64,000 nucleotides of DNA, taken from assembly GCF_009914755.1 (NCBI RefSeq), contig NC_060933.1; one strand, written 5' to 3'. The position numbers were made by a program, and so were the translations under genes. This document shows, piece by piece, positions 1 through 13,531 of this stretch. Position 1 is the stretch's first letter, and each line of letters starts with the position of its first letter. The notes under the pieces were generated by a model, which saw only the letters and a list, made by a program, of their open reading frames with translations, was not told the origin of the DNA and did no database searches. Origin of the DNA: the human T2T-CHM13v2.0 reference genome, Homo sapiens.

Positions 1-1935
1 AATCTCCATACTGTTTTCCATAGAGGTTTTACTACTTTACATTTCCACTAGCAGTATATAAGTGTTCCTTTTCACCATATCCGTGCCAACATATTTTATG
101 TTTTGACTTTTTAATCATGGCCATTCTGGCTGGAGTAAACTGGTGTCTCATTGTGGTTTTAATCTGTATTTCCTTGATAATTAGTGATTTTGAGCATTTT
201 TCATATGTTTGTTGGCCATTTATATATCTTCCTTGAGAAATGTCTAAGTTGATTGTCTACTTTTTAATGAGATTATTTATTTGTTTGTTTTCCTTGCTGA
301 TTTGTTTGAGTTCCTTGTGCATTCTGGATATTAGTCCTTTGTCAGGTCCATAGTTTGCAAATATTTTCTCCCATTCTGTAGGTTGTTTACTGTTGATTAT
401 TATTATTATTATGGCTATGCAGAAGCTTTAAAAATCAATTTATTAAAATAAATATATTTTAAATTAAAATTTAAATTACATTTATTAATTTTAAAACTGA
501 ATTTTAATTTTTAATTTATTAATTTTCATTTTTGTTGCATTTGCTTTTGGAGTCTTAGTCACAAATTCTTTGCCTAGGTCAATGTCCAGGACAGTTTTTC
601 CTAGGTTTAGTTGTAGAATTTTCAGGGTTTTAGATCTTAGATTTAAGTCTTTCATCCATTTTGAGTTAATTTTTTTATACGGTGAGAGACAGGTATCCAG
701 TTTCATTCTTCTACATGTGGCTATCCAATTTTCCCAGCACCAGCTATTGAATAGGGTGTCCTTTCCCCAGTGTGTATATTTTTGTCTGCTTTGCTGAACA
801 TCAGTTGGTTGTATTTAGCTTTATTCCTGTGTTCTCTATTCTGTTACATTGGTCTATATGTCTACTTTTACATCAGTACCATGCTGTTTTGGTTACTATA
901 GCTTTGTGTATAATTTGAAGTTGAGTAATGTGATGCCTCTATATTTGTTCTTTTTGCTTTGGCTCTTTGGGATCTTATTTGGCTCCGTATGAATTTTAAG
1001 ATTCTTTTTTTGTTCTGTGAAAAATGACATTGTTATTTTGATAGGAATTGCATTGAATCTGTACATTACATTGAGCAATATGGTCATTTTCCTTATATTG
1101 ATTCTTCCAATTAATAAGCATCGGATGTTCTTCCATTTGTTTGTGTCATCTATGGTTTCTTTTATCAGTGTTTTGTAGTTATCCTTGTAGAGATGGTTCA
1201 CTTCCTTGGTTAAGTATATTCCTAGGAAGTTTGTTTTTTTTTGTTACTATTGTAAAAGAGATTGAGTTATTTATTTGATTTTCAGTTTGATTGTTGTTGG
1301 TGGTGTATAGCAGTGCTATTGATTTGTGTATATTGATTTTTGTAATCTGAGACTTTACTAAATTCATTGATCAAATCTAGGATTCTTTTGGAGGAGTCTT
1401 TAGAGTCTTTTAGGTATAAAATCATATCGTCAGCAGAGTTAGTTTGACTTTCACTTTTTCAGTTTGGATGCTCTTTAGTTCTTCTTTCTGATGGTTCTGG
1501 CGAGGACTTCCAGTACTATGCTGAATAAAGTGTTGAAAGTGAGCATCTTTGTCCTGCTCCAGTTCTTAAGGGGAAGGTTTTAAACTTTTTCCCACTTAGT
1601 ATGTTGGCTGTAGGTTTATCACATATGGCTTTTATATTTTGTGTATGTTCCTTTTATGCCTTGTTTGCTGAGGGTTATTATTATAAAGAGATGCTGGATT
1701 TTTATCAAATGCTTTTTCTCCATCTATTGAGATGATCACGTGGTTTTTGTATTTAGTTTTGTGTATGTACTGAATCATATTTATTGAATTATGTATGTTG
1801 AACCATCCCTGCATCCCTGGGATGAAACCCAGTTGATTAAAGTGAATTGTCTTTTTGATGCGCAGTTGGATTTGATTTGCTGGTATTTTGGTAAAGATTT
1901 TTGCATCTATGTTCATCAGAGATATTGGTCTGTAA
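1..1935 (-). mobile_element. L1 (L1PB-like) ORF2 fragment, truncated by window edge
   Basis: Broken ORF2 peptides on minus (MNIDAKI...[41 protein letters not shown]). Confidence 0.93.
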
Positions 1936-2124
1936 GAAACTACATTTTGGAAATTGGTATATCCTGGTCACTACAGAGACATGCTTGGTTGGACGTTAGG
2001 GACATGTCTTCATGACTACCCATTGCTTTACGGACACTTTGATACATGGAATAGAATATGATGAAAAGTATACATAAGTATTATAATAACTGGAAAGGGC
2101 AATTCCTCCTGCATAAATTCATAA

Positions 2125-2481
<357 letters not shown>

Positions 2482-2940
2482 TAAAATTGTACAGCTTTTT
2501 ACAGCTTCTCATGATGGTCACACAATTTTCTTTCAAATTATTCTTAGAAAATGTATTTTTTTCTTGTTAGTATAAATGGAACTTTATCACATTTTAAAAA
2601 GTGTAATGTTTCTCCATAACAAATTTTATTGATTTTAAACTATCTTGCCACCTTGCACATCTATTCTATTAATATTAGCATTTTTCAGTTGATTCCTTTG
2701 GATTTTCCAAGTGAATGATAATATGGCATGCAAATAATAAAGCAACTTTGTTTTGAATATTAAATTGTAGAATAGAGTACCCTTGCTTTATTGACATTTA
2801 TGATTTTGTCTTAAATATTTCATATATAGTGATTTGATTTTTTTATAACTTGTTCTATAGCTCATGATTTACTTTCATTTAACTGCTTCCATATTTTGAC
2901 ATTTGTAAACCTCAAGTTTTATTGGAAAATATTATGCCAT

Positions 2941-3313
2941 TAGTATGGTTTGGCTGTGTTCCCACCCAAATCTCATCTTGAACTGTAGTTCCCATAATCC
3001 CCACATGTCATGGGAAGGACCCAGAGGAAGGTAATTTAATCCTGGGGGCAGTTACCCTCATGCTGTTCTCGTGACAGTGAGTGAGTTCTCATGAGATCTG
3101 ATGGTTTTATAAGAGGATTTCCCTGCATTTGCTCAGCACTTCTCCTTGCTGCCACTACATGAAGGATATGTTTACTTCCCCTTCTGCCATGATTGTAAGT
3201 TTCCTGAGGCCTCCCCAGCCCTGCAGAACTGTGAGTCAATTAAACCTCTTTCCATTGTAAATTACCCAGTCTCAGGTATATCATCATTAGAAGTGTGAGA
3301 ACAGACTAATACA
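2941..3313 (+). mobile_element. THE1 (MaLR) solo LTR
   Basis: tatggtttggctgtgt.cccacccaaatctcatcttgaa ... gtgagaacagactaataca; 5-bp TSD gccat/gccac. Confidence 0.9.
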
Positions 3314-3739
3314 GCCACCTATGGTAGAAATAGTTTGATTAATGGATTTGTTAAATAGCTCGTTTAGTAAAAATCCACAGTACCCTGAATGCTATGTCTT
3401 GCACTGTTGCATGAATTAAAACACTACCCCAAACCATCAATATATGCAAATAGCTTTAGACACACACATGTGCACTACTGTGGTTTTAGGAATAAATTTG
3501 GAAACAATCTTAGTAACCACATAACATAAAAGAGATAAATGTGTGATTAGCCACTTCCTATTGTTGAACTCAGCCTTCCAGATGGCTTATTTTGATACTA
3601 AGCCAGTGCTTCCCAGGGTCAGTAGACTTGTTCACCTTCACTTCTCCAAAAAAGGAATGGAAAATTCCCAGGAAGTTGGGAACCAAGCAGAGTTCCCATA
3701 TGCTGTGTTCTAGTATCTAAACATGCATCTCACTTTATT

Positions 3740-4170
3740 TATTTACTCCTTCATTCATTCACCAAAAATTTATTAATGCTTACTCCAAGTCCATATGTTT
3801 TTTAGGAGAGGCTATAAAAAAATAAAGGAGGCATAATCTTGCCCCAGAGGAATTCATAGAATATTAGAGAAAAGAAAACCTACCAAACATTATAATACCA
3901 TATGATAAGTGTGAACAGAGAGAAGATATTTATGACCCTCAAATTTCAGGTCTAGCTGTGTCAGAGCTATAAATCTAAGGGAGAAGGGATGAGAGGAAAG
4001 GTGTCATAGAAGTTAGTTTGCTGTAAATCGAGAAGGACTAGTAAGAAATGAACGGACACACAAGGCATGAGGGTATTCTAGGCAAAGGGAACAAAACTGC
4101 ACAAGTGGATTCATGAAAAGGCTTGAAGTGACTGAGGAGCCACTAGCAGCTTGGGGTATCTGGAGCATAA
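3740..4170 (-). mobile_element. L2 fragment
   Basis: ttcattcattca...tattaatgcttact 3' end signature, diverged. Confidence 0.55.
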
Positions 4171-4314
4171 GATGCTGCAATGATCATACCCAAGAGATCA
4201 TTCAACCCTAGTAGAATCACAGAATTTGATATTTCTTCTAAAAGTTTTTAAAAAGAATTACAGTAGTGTTTTTTGAATCATTTTAATGCACTAATCCAAT
4301 CTGTTAATATGGAA

Positions 4315-4866
4315 CAGGGTTTCTTAACGTCAATATTATTGATGTTTGTAGCCTCTCAGGGGCTGTCTGGGGCACTGTGGGATGTCTAGCAGCATCCCTG
4401 ACTGCTATCTGCTAGGTAATAGTAGCTCTTTCCAGCTATGACAACCAAAGTTTCCTCCAGAAACTTTGCCGAATGTCCCCTGGGGAGGGGGCAAAATTGC
4501 TTCCTGTAGAGCAACAATCCCCAACATTTTTGGTACCAGGGACTGGTTTCATGGAAGATAATTTTTCCACTGACTAGGGTACGGGATGGTTTCAGGATGA
4601 AACTGTTCCACTTCAGATCATTTGGCATTAGATTCTCATAAGCAGCATGCAAACTAGATGCCTCACATGTGCAGTTCACAATAGGGTTCACTCTCCTATG
4701 AGAATCTAATGCTGCCACTGATCTGACAGGAGGCAGAGCTCAGGCGGTAAGGCTTGCTCACCTGCCACTCACCTCCTGCTATGCAGCCCTGTTCCTAACA
4801 GGCCACAGATCAGTACCGGTCCATGGCCCAGAGATTGGGAACTCCTGCTGTAGAGAACTACCACTG
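4315..4866 (+). mobile_element. MER20 (hAT-Charlie) interrupted by MER1B
   Basis: cagggtttcttaac...ggggctgtc...gacaaccaaa...aaatgtcccctggg...gagaactaccactg. Confidence 0.8.
4512..4847 (+). mobile_element. MER1B (hAT-Charlie)
   Basis: ccccaacatttttggtaccagggactggtttcatggaaga...; perfect 8-bp TSD ctgtagag at 4504-4511 and 4848-4855. Confidence 0.9.
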
Positions 4867-5134
4867 ATGGAGCACAGTAATTTATGCCAATCAGCACTTA
4901 CTACATGCCTGGCCCTTTAGCAAGCTTTTATTCACATCTTATTTAATGTTTCTCACGAGCCTACTATTATTAACCACATTTCATAGACTAGGAAACTCAT
5001 GTCATAGAGATGAAAAACTGCCCAGAAAAACACAGTAGGTGACAGAATCAGGATTCATCCCACTAACTGGTATCAATAACTATACATGATATGAGCACAC
5101 AGTTGCATAATGACTGAATCATTCACAAACCACA

Positions 5135-5205
5135 TGTAAGGGAACTGAGCATCCTTGAATTTTACTATCCTCAAACCAATCTATTGTGGATACCCGGGGT
5201 TACTA
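5135..5205 (+). mobile_element. MER2/Tigger terminal fragment
   Basis: taagggaactgagcatcc...aaccaatc...ggatacccgggg resembles the MER2 3' end. Confidence 0.5.
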
Positions 5206-5209
5206 TCTC

Positions 5210-5256
5210 TGTGTGTCTGTGTGTGTGTGTGTGTGTGCACGCACACGTGTGTGTGT
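5210..5256. repeat. (TG)n / alternating purine-pyrimidine tract
   Basis: Direct reading. Confidence 0.9.
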
Positions 5257-5653
5257 ATTTTGGCATCCCCAGCACTTAGCACACTATAAGGCACACCATG
5301 TTTTCAACGAGTTTGGAATGATGGGCAATTTGAACAAGCATAGCCCGATTTCCTCTAGCTCGGGCTATCATTTTCAAATTGCTAACATTGGCCACCATCT
5401 AAACTTGGCTAATCATGTAACATTTAGTGAACAATAACCCCATGCAGGCCCTGTGGAACCAAACACTGGGAATACTAAGCTACAATTTAGAAGCAACTGT
5501 TTATTGAAAATATAACCTGGAAATAGCAGCAAAATATTTCTGGATCATTTCTTTGATGGATAATGACTGAGCAATGAGTGCTATGGATGAATTGCAAGTA
5601 ACAGCATGAACTCTAGGGTCAGAGATCTGGGTCTGCAGGCTAAGTCCACCACT

Positions 5654-7945
5654 TTTTTAAACTTTTACTTTAGATTCAGGGGTACATGTGCAGGTTTGTT
5701 ATATAGGTAAACTCACATCATGGGGGTTTATTATACAGGTTATTTCAACACCCAGGTACTGAGCCTAGTACCCAATAGTTATTTTTTCTGATCCTCTCAT
5801 TCCCCATACCCTCCACCCTCAAGTAGGCCCCAGTTTCTATTGTTTCCTTCTTTGTCTTCATGACGTCTCATCATTTAGCTCCCACTTATAAGTAAGAACA
5901 TGTGGTGTTTGGTTTTCTGTTCCTGTGTTAGTTTGCTCAGGATAATGGCTTCCAACTCCATCTATGTTCCTGCAAAGGACATGATCTCATTCCTTTTCAT
6001 GGCTGCATAGTATTCCATGGTGTACATGCACCACATTTTCTTTATCCAATGTCATTGATGGGCATTTATGTTAACTCCACGTTGTTGTTATTATGAATAG
6101 CGCTGCAATAAACATTTGCATGCATGTGTCTTTATGGTAGACTGATTTATATTCCGTTGGGTATGTGCCCAGTAACAGGATTGCTGGGTCCAGTGGTAGT
6201 TCTATTTTTAGCTCTTTAAGGAATCATCACACTGCTTTCCACAATGGTTGAACTAATTTACATTTCCACCCACAGTGTGTAAGTGTTCCCTTTTCTCAGC
6301 AATCTCATCAGTATCTGTTGTTTTTGACATTTTAATAATATCTATTCTGACTAGTATGAGGTAGTATCTCACTGTGGTTTGATTTGCATTTCTCTAATGA
6401 TCAGTGGTATTGAGCATTTTTTCATATGCTCATTGGGTGTGTGTATGCCTTTGAAAACGGTCTGTTCATGTCCTTTGCCCATGTTTTAATGGGGTTGCTT
6501 TTTTTCTTGTAAATTTGTTTAAGTTCCTTATAGGTGCTGGATATTAGGCCTTTGTCAGATGCAGCATTTGCAAATATTTTCTCTCATTCTGTAGGCTGTC
6601 TGTTTAGTCTGTTGATAGTTTCCTTTGCTGTGTAGAAGCTCTTAAGTTTTACTAGATTCCATTTGACAGTTTTTGCTTTTGTTGAAATTGCTTTTGGTGT
6701 CTTGTCATAAAACCTTTGCCCATTCCTATGTCCAGAATGGTATTGTCTAGGTTGTCTTCCAGGGTTTTTATAGTTTTGGGTTTTACATTTAAGTCTTTAA
6801 TCCTTCTTGAGTTGATTTTTTATATGGTATAAGAAAGGGATTCTGTTTCAATCTTCTGCATATGGCTAGCCAGTTATCCCAGCACAATTTATTGAAAAAG
6901 GAGTCCTTTCCCCATATCTTGTTTTTGTCCATTTTGTCAAAGATCAGATGGTTGTAGGTGTGTGACCTTATTTCTGGGCTGTCTATTCTGTTCCATTGGT
7001 CTATGTGTCTGTTTTTGTACCAGTACCATGCTATTTTGGTTACTGTAGGCCCATAGTATAGTTTGAAGTTGAGTAACATGATGCGTCCACCTTTTTTCTT
7101 TTTTCTTAGGATTGTCTTGGCTATTCTGGGTCTTTTTTGGTTTGAACTTAAAATTGTATTTTCTAGTTCTGTCATGAATGTTATTGGTAGTTTGATAGGA
7201 ATAGCATTGAATCTGTAAATTGCTTTGGGAGGTATGGCCATAGTAATACTGATTCTTCCTACCCATGAGCATGGAATGTTTTCCCATTTGTTTGTGTCAT
7301 CTCTGATTTCTTTGAGCAGTGTGTTGTCATTCTCATTGTAGAGATCTTTCACCTCCCTGGTTAGCTGTATTCCTAGGTATTTTATTCTTTTTGTGGCAAT
7401 TGTGAATGAAATTACATTCCTGGTTTTTTTGTACATTGATTTTATATTCTGAAACTTTGCTGGAGTTGTTTATCAGCTGAATGAGTTTTTGGACAGCGAC
7501 TATAGGGTTTTCTAGATATGGAATCATGTCTTCTGCAAATTGAGATAGTTTGACTTCCTCTCTTCCTATTTGAATGTCCTTTATTTCTTTCTGTTGCCTG
7601 AATGCCCTGGCCAGGACTTCCAATACTATGTTTAATAGGAGTGGTGAGAGAAAGCATCCTTGTCTTAAGCCAGTTTTCAAGTATTGTCCTCATTCAGTAT
7701 GATGCTGGCTGTGGATCTGTCACAGATGGCTCTTATTAGTTTGAGGTATGCTTCTTCAATATCAAGTTTATTAAGAGTTTTTAACATAAAGGAATGTTGA
7801 ATTTCATCAAAAGCCATTTCTGCATCTATTGAGATAATCATGTGGTTTTTGTCTTTAATTCTGCTTATGTGATGCGTCACATTTATTGATTTGCTTATGT
7901 TGAACCAACCTTGCATCCCAGGGATGAAGCCTACTTGGTCACAGT
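5654..7945 (-). mobile_element. 5'-truncated older L1PA (about L1PA13-16): 3'UTR plus ORF2 RT region, inserted in a MIR
   Basis: ORF2 peptides [48 protein letters not shown]; L1 3' end at 5654; MIR halves flank it. Confidence 0.93.
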
Positions 7946-8330
7946 GAACTCTACCTCTTTATAGTTGAATGACATTAGAAAAACTACTTAAATTATTCAA
8001 AACTGTTTCCTCTTCTGCAAATGAGAAATGTATGTAAGGCAAAGACTTTGCAAGTGGCATGTGAATGTCACATGCATCATTTTAAAAGAACCAATTTCCA
8101 GAACCTCAACATACATATATAACTAAATTAGTATGCTGGAGAAAGTGTCTATGGCACCTTTTCACAATTGCGTTTCATTTTTCAAAAGAAATGTGAACTT
8201 CTCACCCCTTCAAATTTTACTAGGGTACATTGCCCCGAGGTGAAAAATCTTTAGCATGATTCAAAATCTTGACATTTGGAAACCCTTCTTTAATCAAGAA
8301 ATAATAAGCAGGGTCTTTAAGAAGCTTTTC

Positions 8331-8468
8331 TTTTTTTTATTATACTTTAAGTTCTAGGGTACATGTGCATAACGTGTAGGTTTGTTACATATGTATACAT
8401 GTGCCATGTTGGTGTGCTGCACCCATTAACTCGTCATTTACATTAGGTATCCTCCTTAACTCATTTTA
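8331..8468 (-). mobile_element. Very short 5'-truncated young L1PA 3' end
   Basis: ttattatactttaagttctagggtacatgtgca...; TSD taagaag(c/t)ttttc at 8318-8330 and 8469-8481. Confidence 0.92.
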
Positions 8469-8559
8469 TAAGAAGTTTTTCTTAACTACAGGCACTGTTT
8501 TACAGCATATCTCCAGAACTTATTCATCTTGCATAACTAAAACTAACAGATAGTCATTT

Positions 8560-9516
8560 AACAGTCCTAGTAAAGTCTTTTTGGAGGGCATCCCAGAAAT
8601 TGAGAAAGTGAATGATTGCGATGATTGTGTAACAACTCCTTTTGTACGTCAAAATGTTTCAAATTCTTCAATTTCAATAAAGATGTAAAGGACCTAAGGG
8701 ACTTGTAAGCTAATAACTCATTTACGATACTTTTTTGATGATAGATAACCGATGTTATTTTTGGCATGCAACTCAGGAGGAACTCCAAGAATTGAGTGAC
8801 ATCAATTTAACACAACTTATTCAAGTCCCATGTACATATTTATATGAAGAAGGTTTTCAGCACTAAAATCCATAAAAGTGAAAAAAGGAAATAAAATTGA
8901 TGTTGTATGCTCTCTTAACCTAACAATGAATAATAAAAATCCATGGATACATGAACTAATTAACAATGCATCTTATTAAGAAGTGAATTTTCAATAGTAT
9001 TTTTATGTGTGAGAAAGTATCAAAATGTATAACATGCATGACAAATTATATACAAACAGCAATTGTGATAATAACTCAGTCTAGTAGCACCTTTGGTCAC
9101 AGAACATTTAAAAATTAATTTCAATTTTTATCCACAATTTTTGTAGTGGAGAAGTACAATTCTGTGATCAACAGAAGGCTTTGGAAAAAAATATGTTACA
9201 TTAGAATAGAATTATGTAGTGGAAGTAGAATAGAAGAGGACTAAGAAAATAAGAAGCCAGCAAAATTTCTGTAATGAAAAGGGTGCTTGTTAACAAATGG
9301 ATACTCAAAACATTTGCTATAATATTTAGATTTTAGTAGGTATATTTGAAACTGATACAATAATTTTATTTTAAAATGTCAATACAGTATTATGAATTAC
9401 CATCTTTTAAAGTCCTGCCAAAAAAATTTAGATGGCCATTTAAAAATCAACGAGGGATTTGTAAATTTTCCATTTTTTTTTTTAGGGGTTACATGAGCAA
9501 GTGTTTGAAGATCATG
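8560..9516 (+). mobile_element. Ancient hAT-Charlie (Charlie7-like) DNA transposon 3' part with transposase remnant
   Basis: From 8753 reads CYFWHATQEELQELSDINLTQLIQVPCTYLYEEGF, then after a frameshift SALKSIKVKKGNKIDV, like the hAT C-terminal dimerisation domain. Confidence 0.7.
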
Positions 9517-11130
9517 ATTCAGTTAGTAGATGTTAAATGTTTTCCCTTTGTTCATGTATCATTTTTATTGGAGAGAGTCTCTTATAATGGGGCTAGGGAA
9601 AGGAAGAAGAGAAAGATAAGATCTTATAACAATAAGCAGATATTGATCACAATCCTTATCTTGAGAATTCTTGGCAACTGTATATATTTTTTGAGTATTT
9701 CTAAGGAACACAACACACTGACTTTGGGGGTTTGTGATGCTTCACACCAATAGTCTAATTTTATGTGTGTTACAATCATGATAGACTGGAAAATGCACTA
9801 TCAGGGCTGAATACCTACCTCATTCAATAGAAATGGAACAAACTAGCCTGATTTAGGCAACAGTTACAAATTCTCCAGCTTAAGTTGATGGAACCAGTGT
9901 CAACATGCTAGCGATATTCCTTCATAAAAAGCAAATGGGAATACATTGTATAAATTCCTTATACCTTACAAATCCATTATTACATACCACTGAGGATATT
10001 TTTGGGGAAAAGAAATCAGCCAAGCTCTGCTTACAGAACAAGATTTCCAAATGTTTTGGTTTTCATTCAAGAATTTCTAGAGCTCTTTGTCCTCTCTCTT
10101 TCCAAAGAAATGATATAATATTTAGACAGGAAAGTGTGTATGTGTGCAGGGTAGGAGTGGAGATTTGTGTGCATATATTTACATGTATAATAAGATACTC
10201 CCAAATAAATATTCCAGTGTTTCTATTTCGATAGTGTTTCCTCCTTTTATGAAAATAATATAGCTGGAGCTTTGGCTCAAGTTATCTGGCCTTCAGCCTT
10301 GGCTTCTATCCAGCTATAATGTTCAATCTGCTAATCATGCCTAACTCATTGAAATATAGTCAATCTCTGCAAAAGAGCACTGTCCTCAAGATGCCTGTTG
10401 TCTCTATACTTTGTGTCTCTCAAATCCCTCCGGGGAAATTCAGAACAGCTGCAACTGCTTGGATTTACGACCAGAGTTCACTGACTACTCTCAATGTGAT
10501 TTGATGATCTATCCATCTTAAAATGACTAATCTAGGATTTGATTTGTTGTTGGCAAAGGTTAATCAAATGTAAATATTTTGGTTTTAAATAAATTAAAAG
10601 CATTTTAAGAATTTCTTACCTAGTACCTTTGTGCTAGGAATCCTGTGGTGCTCAAGGCAAACATGAAAATCTTGCAATTGCCTAAGATTTCAGCAATGAG
10701 TTCTGTTCCACTTAAAATTCTGGTATTAAAGTTTACTTCTTACTGACATCCTTTTTCTTGAGCACTTACTTACTATAGGCTCTGAAGACAAGCAGTGGGG
10801 ATACCAAACGAATTAGAAAGTCACTGCCTGTTAGCAACACTTATGAAGGAGGAACAAAGACAATAGTTAGGTGTGATGGGAAAGGGAGCCAGAAAATGCA
10901 TGAATAAAGATCCAAGGAATGAAATAGCATACGAGCTGCAGAAAACTAGAATTAGTTCGAGCTTTCAGCTCAAAGAATAAAGGAGAGGTCAAGTCATGCT
11001 AAGCCTTTATACCATGTGAAGGAGCCTGAACTTTATTGTATGAGTGGGTCATAATTCGAAAACATTAAACAGAGTACAGTATGACCAGATTTGAATTTTA
11101 TATAACTCATTCTGTTCTTTTCCTTCTGAG

Positions 11131-11226
11131 TATTAGGTTGAACAATATGAAGATGCTACTTTGTAAGTTTAAAATGATCAAATATTGATAATAAATATTG
11201 ATAATATTATAAAGGACAAACTAATA
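11131..11226. mobile_element. MADE2-like mariner MITE
   Basis: tattaggttgaacaatatgaa ... aactaata terminal inverted repeats; internal aaatattgataat duplication. Confidence 0.6.
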
Positions 11227-11322
11227 CTTAACAGATTTTTAAAGTATATATATATACACATATATGTATGTGTTACATATATATGTATAATATATGTACA
11301 TTACATATATATATGTATATTT

Positions 11323-11429
11323 AAATAAGAAATGCTTCATGAATTTGCTAGTCACCCTTGCACAGAAGGGCCATGCTAATTTTCTCTGTAACACTCCGAT
11401 TTTAGTATATATGCTGCCAAAGCAAGCAC
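11323..11429 (-). pseudogene. U6 snRNA retropseudogene, full length
   Basis: Reverse complement reads GTGCTTGCTTTGGCAGCATATATACTAAAATCGGAGTGTTACAGAGAAAATTAGCATGGCCC...GCAAATTCATGAAGCATTTCTTATTT, matching U6 with many substitutions, mostly CpG decay. Confidence 0.93.
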
Positions 11430-11534
11430 AAAAATTATATTCTTAATTGTGAGTCTGTTTGTTAAATTTCTATCCCATAGAATAATAAAAATTGAAATTA
11501 ATTTTTAAATGTTCTGTGACCAAAGTGGCTAGAC

Positions 11535-11760
11535 TATAGACTGTGCAGCCAGAAAACTCGAGCTCATATCCCAGCTCTATTAGCTGTGTGACCCTGGACA
11601 AATTGCTTAAGTTCTCAGACTTTTAGTTTCCTTATCTATAAAATGAGAAAATGCTCCAGAGAGTTATTGTAAAGATTACGAGTTAATATAAACAATGCTT
11701 AGAAAATGGCCTGGTACATAGTAAGCACTATTTAATATTAGCTACTATTGTTATTATTAT
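11535..11760 (+). mobile_element. MIR followed by (CAT)n
   Basis: Core tagctgtgtgaccctggacaaattgcttaa...cttatctataaaatgag. Confidence 0.85.
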
Positions 11761-13380
11761 CAGTTATTGCTCTCATCACCATCATCATTATCATTATCAT
11801 CATCATCATTCTCACTATCCAAATGCCTAGGTGAAAGGTAAAGGATGAAGACAGTCATACTAGTAACAGAGGTGGAAATGTAAGTAACACCTTCTTTTCA
11901 TTAGATCCACAGTTTTGCAATACTGTTCCCTTAGCTGAAATTTAATAACTAAACCCAGAATAATATTTTCTCCATCCTCTAAATCTAATTATGTGGTGTT
12001 AAAATACCAGACCTACATTCCTGAGTCATCCAAAATATTTGCAGTAAATGAAACAGAGTTATGTAGGGTTTTTTAAAAAAACAACAACAACAACAGCAAA
12101 ATACCAATGCTTTTGTAAAACATTGATTGATTTACCACAAGAAAAGTATTGATATCTGGGTATTCCTGTTTTTCTCCATTTCTGGTTTCTTAAGGAGTAA
12201 TGTAACATCAAGAGAAAAGAACAAGAACGACAAGACCACTAGCTAAAAGCACATGATTAACTTGAAACTAATTCATTGAAGTTTTGAGTCAAGGGAAATT
12301 ATAAACCAGTTCAAACATATCATATACTATAAAACTGAACTCTTTGACAGACTATTACTTGTCAGTGATTTCTAACAAATACCTCTAACAAAGACTGGTA
12401 TTCAAGTTAGGATTTTCATGACATGGAACAGATCTACAATTATTACAATATTTTTGTGCATCAGGATCTTGTCCATGAAGTAGCTGCTTACTGTGACAGT
12501 GGCGTTCATTTCAAGGGAAGCCACCGCCTTGGCTACAGATTTGAGAGGTCATTGTTTGAAGACTCAATTAACCCAGACCACCAATCTCCCACAACAACGA
12601 GGAAGAAAGAGAAGACCACAGTAATATCATGATGGTCAGCTATCTTTGGTCTCAAGGGTACCTGTGAGATAGCCTTGGCCTGGGAATTGGAATACCTTAA
12701 TTCTACTTCAGCTCTGCCACAAATTTACTACATGATGATGGGATGGGATTTCCTCATCTTCTGAACGAATGATGAGGAAAAACCCTTATGGGCATTTCTA
12801 ATATTCTACTTGTCTATGAAACTAACAAATATAACTCATCTCAGCATCTGTCCTTATCCTAATCAAGGTAAACAACCTCTACTTTTTGTCTGTTTTATTA
12901 TTATTTTTTTAAACTTGTCATTGACCTGAAGCTTAATAACATCTGCTTTCTTCAACATTCAATGGCACATTATTCCTCTGCTTTCTCCCATCTAATATTC
13001 TTGCTTTTCACTGGATACTCATCAGATTAAAAGTATATTCCACCTTTAGTAGGTGCAAGGGCTCTTTACTAGGTGCAAGGCCTGTGCGCCAGCATGCACT
13101 GGTGAATGCACAGGATAATACCCCTAGTCTAGCCTAGAACAGTAGAATTCATAAGATATATGGTTGTCACTTCATACTTGAAGTAATTATCTTAATGCTC
13201 ATTCATTAGCTTTCTCATGACAATTATATTATCTCAAAATAATCGTTAATAATAAAATCCGCCCCTGGTTGAGAATTGATGTGCCACATACCATCTTATG
13301 TATTCTAAGTATATTCTCTATTAACCCAACTAGTTTTGCATACACATACACACATGCAATCTATATACATATCTACATAC

Positions 13381-13531
13381 ATCTATATACATAGATATCT
13401 ATATATATCTATATACATAGATATCTATATATATCTATATACATAGATATCTATATATATCTATATACATAGATATCTATATATATCTATATACATAGAT
13501 ATCTATATATATCTATATACATAGATATCTA
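13381..13531. repeat. 26-bp AT-rich minisatellite, about 5.8 perfect copies
   Basis: Unit atctatatacatagatatctatatat starting at 13381, 13407, 13433, 13459, 13485 and 13511 (partial). Confidence 0.95.

Noticed and set aside
6789-7916. RT-like ORFs as a functional reverse transcriptase or retron-like system
   Set aside because: Frameshifted fragments of ordinary L1 ORF2; catalytic FADD is mutated to FAED; no 5'UTR or ORF1.
13381-13531. CRISPR-like array
   Set aside because: Head-to-tail repeats without spacers, in mammalian DNA, with no cas genes.
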